DNA of 64,000 nucleotides from Mytilus trossulus (Eukaryota): NCBI RefSeq assembly GCF_036588685.1, contig NC_086381.1, positions 39,122,001 to 39,186,000 of the forward strand, read 5' to 3'. Shown piece by piece: positions 60,872 to 64,000 of this stretch (position 1 is its first letter; each line of letters starts with the position of its first letter). The notes under the pieces were generated by a model. It saw only the letters and a program-made list of their open reading frames with translations, ran no database searches and was not told where the DNA came from. The position numbers and the translations under genes were made by a program.

Positions 60872-62169
60872 TAATCCGTGTATATATATATTCTTGGTGG
60901 AGGATAACCATATTATTACTCCCAATAAGTGGAGGTGTGCCTTTATTGGCAGAAGTTAGACGGATACAGATACAGATCATGTTATAACAGGTAACTTCAA
61001 CATTCTGCGAAACCAACAAGATTTTTAGTAGCATGGGGTGTAAGAGAAAAGTGAAAAATAATCTGGATTCATTCTTTTTGACGTTTGTAAGGGATTTTAA
61101 GCATAATTTTATTGATATTTAGCCTTAATAACACAATTGATTATTCTTGGAAAGTGTTTTTTGAAGATATCGTATGAAAGCAAGTCCATTCGATATTTTT
61201 TGTTGTTACTAAAATATGACATAAAAGAGTTTGAACGTATATACTCGCATTCAGACGACATGGTTTCATTGATTAATTGATTGGTGTTTAGAAAGTTTGG
61301 GAAAGAACGAAATAACAAAACGCTGAAATGTAACAAAAACAATGGACAATGCAACATACTTAGACACGAACTATAAGTTAACTGCGATATTAGAATTATA
61401 TACAACCGTTATGTGAACGTTAATAGCTTTGTCCTTCAGATAAGATTGAACTTATATGTAGGAAAAAAATAAGTGAAAATCTGTTCTTAGAATCTTTTTC
61501 TTAGTTATGTTTTGTACACTAATGTTGGTCTGGTTTGTTTTTTTATAATTATGCCGTTGTCATTTTATTTTCGACTGATGAGATTGCATTTCCCTCTGGT
61601 ATCTTTAACCTCCCTTTTTACAGAATCTGGAAAATTATCATACTTTTTTTTCACCTAAAACATAATGCAGTCCCTTAAATAATATGTTTACCATGAATAA
61701 AAGGGCGCATCGAAAAAAAAACACCATGAAATCACATTATCACAATATTATTTAACCCCGTCGCATGTCTGTTCCTATCCCATGTTAGCAGCCTTTGACC
61801 TTTGTATGTTTTGTAATTTTTCTTTACGTTTTGTCTATATGTTTCAAAGTTTAGTATCACATTTTTTTTGCTGAACTAATACACATTTGGTTTATTTCTC
61901 ACTATGTTGAAGACCTATTAGTGGGCATGAGTTGTCTCAATTATGTCGTTGTCAGTGTATTCATTATCTATGACTTTGACTGTCCCTCTGGTATCGTTTG
62001 CCCATCTTCGGTCGTATTTTCAAAGAAGCTAGATAAAAAGTGTAGTGTAAATATGGAATATACATTAGTGCATTATTCAAGGAAATTTTCCAAAATATTT
62101 GTTTTGAAAGGCCGTTATCTTTTTCTGTTGTGAATATTCGTTTGAAATTCAAATGTGTTTTACAAAATA

Positions 62170-63560
62170 TATCTACAGTAAAATCAGATGCTTTTTTATC
62201 AGATCATTCAGTTGAAGGCAATTTGTTTTACAATATTTGTTTCAATAATAGTTGTATTGTCTATATTCATTTTGAATAATAAAAATATCTTTCAACTTAT
62301 CTAGAAAATACTTTGGAATTTTTTTCGAAGTTTGTTCATCAGTTTCTCCAAACAATAATTGTTTTGTCCATTGGAGTTGAATTGGTGATATATAAGTATC
62401 TATACATGTCATTTTTAATCCCCATCAGTATAATTTTGTGACAAAGTATTTCTTTTAATCATATCCCTTTTCCCATTCCATATAGTTATATATCATAGTT
62501 TTAATGTTTTGTATAAAATCTTTTTGTAATATCATATTGCTTGCTTGCTATATATGTTATTTTTGGGAGTATTCGAGACTTCACTACCGTTATTCTTCCT
62601 AGCATGCTTAGCTTTCTTTTTGACAACATGTTTATAATTTTTTCAATTTTATCATCTTGTTTTTGACAATTAAGATTTTTGACATTTTCTTTATCAAAGC
62701 CAAAATAAATGCACAGACTTTATATAGGTTTGTTCGTCCAGTTGATTCTTTCAAATTTATCTATTGTATGTTTAAGTCTTCCTAGACCAATTCCTTCAGT
62801 TCTAGTTCTATTTAATTTTAATCCTGAGAATGGGCCAAATGTTTCTATTAAGTTCATGACTAAAGACTTTTCCTTTTTTTGATTTAAAAAAAAATATGTT
62901 GTGTCGTCTGCCAATTGACATATTTTTATACTACAATATTTTCCATTTGATTCGATTAAGAACCCTTAAAGTTTTCTCAGATCTAATTCTGTATGCTAGT
63001 ACCTCCACCGCTAGTACAAAAATCAAAGCGGACAACGTACATCCTTGTCGAATTCCACGACAGATCTGAAAGGGGTTTGATATACAGTGTATAAGCAAGA
63101 ATTTTAACATCTACAATTAATAAAGTTATTGGCCTATAGTTATCAAAAGATTTGGGATCATTCTTTTTAAAGATAAGTGAAATTGTCCTTTTTTTGGCGA
63201 ATTTGTCAAACTTTTCTTGTTTTATGACTTGTTATCTACTTTGGTTAGTAACTTTTGAATTTGGGGCAACATTTTCTATAGAATTGTACATTAAGTCCAT
63301 CTAAACCTGGTGCTTTATTAAGTTTCATTTTAAACAGTGCTTCTGTAATTTCTTCTGATGTTACTAGCCCTTCTAAACCATTACTATCTTTATCTGAGAG
63401 TTTTTTCTATTTTAGTGTTTTGAATACGTATACTCTTTAGTATGTAATTTATCTGGATTTGATGATTTATATTGCTATTCATAATATTTTACTTTTTATT
63501 TCCCTAGTTATGTTCCCGTTCGCTTGCTTATCGTTCGGCTGCAAATATTTTATTCATTTT
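62170..63560 (-). mobile_element. Degraded L1/Tx1-clade LINE reverse transcriptase
   Basis: KAPGLDGL, RGIRQGCTLSALIFVLAVEVLA, QLADDTT and FGPFSGLKLN motifs, with frameshifts. Confidence 0.8.
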
Positions 63561-64000
63561 TAGTTTAAGGAAAAGTACCAATCAACCCAGTTTGTAGGTT
63601 CGCCAAATAGATCAAGTGCAATGTATTGTTGGAAATAAAAAAAACGGCATGTCGTTTGAGGATTCTTATGGAGTCAATATATCAAAAAGGGTTCAAATTT
63701 GTGACTTACGTAATCAATTCGGTGGTATAAATTTGATAGATAGCAATGAACAGTAATCAGAGCAATTTCAGGATTTGTTCAGTTTCAAAAGAATTACTAT
63801 ACAGTTAGAGAAGCTTCGAAAAGTACAATCATTTGGCGATTACTATTGAGTCGTTGAACGAGAGTCTTTCTCGATAGGATTTAACACTGTATTATACTGC
63901 TAAAAATACAATTTACCTTATGTACATTTACTTTTTCGAATTCGCGTGAAGTATATTTTCATGAAAATGTATATAAGTACACGCGAGCATGCATTCATAT

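Noticed and set aside
5800-62152. Most remaining 60-110 aa ORFs in the track
   Set aside because: They have low-complexity F/I/L/K-rich composition typical of AT-rich non-coding DNA or repeat antisense frames, with no recognisable motifs or splice support.

Overview
AT-rich, repeat-dense, intron-containing eukaryotic DNA. The repeat content (hammerhead retrozymes, Penelope-like elements) suggests a bivalve, probably a Mytilus-like mussel; this is inference. The ORF track misses the real genes because they are spliced. Read by hand, the window holds a + strand tandem array of four CD225/dispanin (IFITM/PRRT-like) genes that share one exon plan: ATG-G exon 1, a low-complexity N-terminal exon A, an exon B with the first hydrophobic segment and CC motif, and an exon C with the second TM and stop. 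Copy 2 has two B exons and two C exons. Copy 4 appears to skip exon A through a second in-frame donor, giving an MGNYVS N-terminus. Between copies 3 and 4, on the minus strand, lies a two-exon Mab21/cGAS-like receptor (cGLR) gene with a TPR-like tail. It keeps its catalytic motifs but is broken by 3 nonsense codons and 2 frameshifts, and a relic of a second copy lies nearby. The remainder is mobile DNA: two families of minimal type I hammerhead retrozymes, Penelope-like elements, LINE fragments, MITE-like TIR elements, a Ngaro-type tyrosine-recombinase retroelement with an Academ (XPG-type) transposon nested in its RNase H region, and a 30-bp hairpin minisatellite. The best candidate for an undescribed system is a diversifying invertebrate innate-immune locus that co-locates IFITM-like effectors with a cGAS-like sensor.
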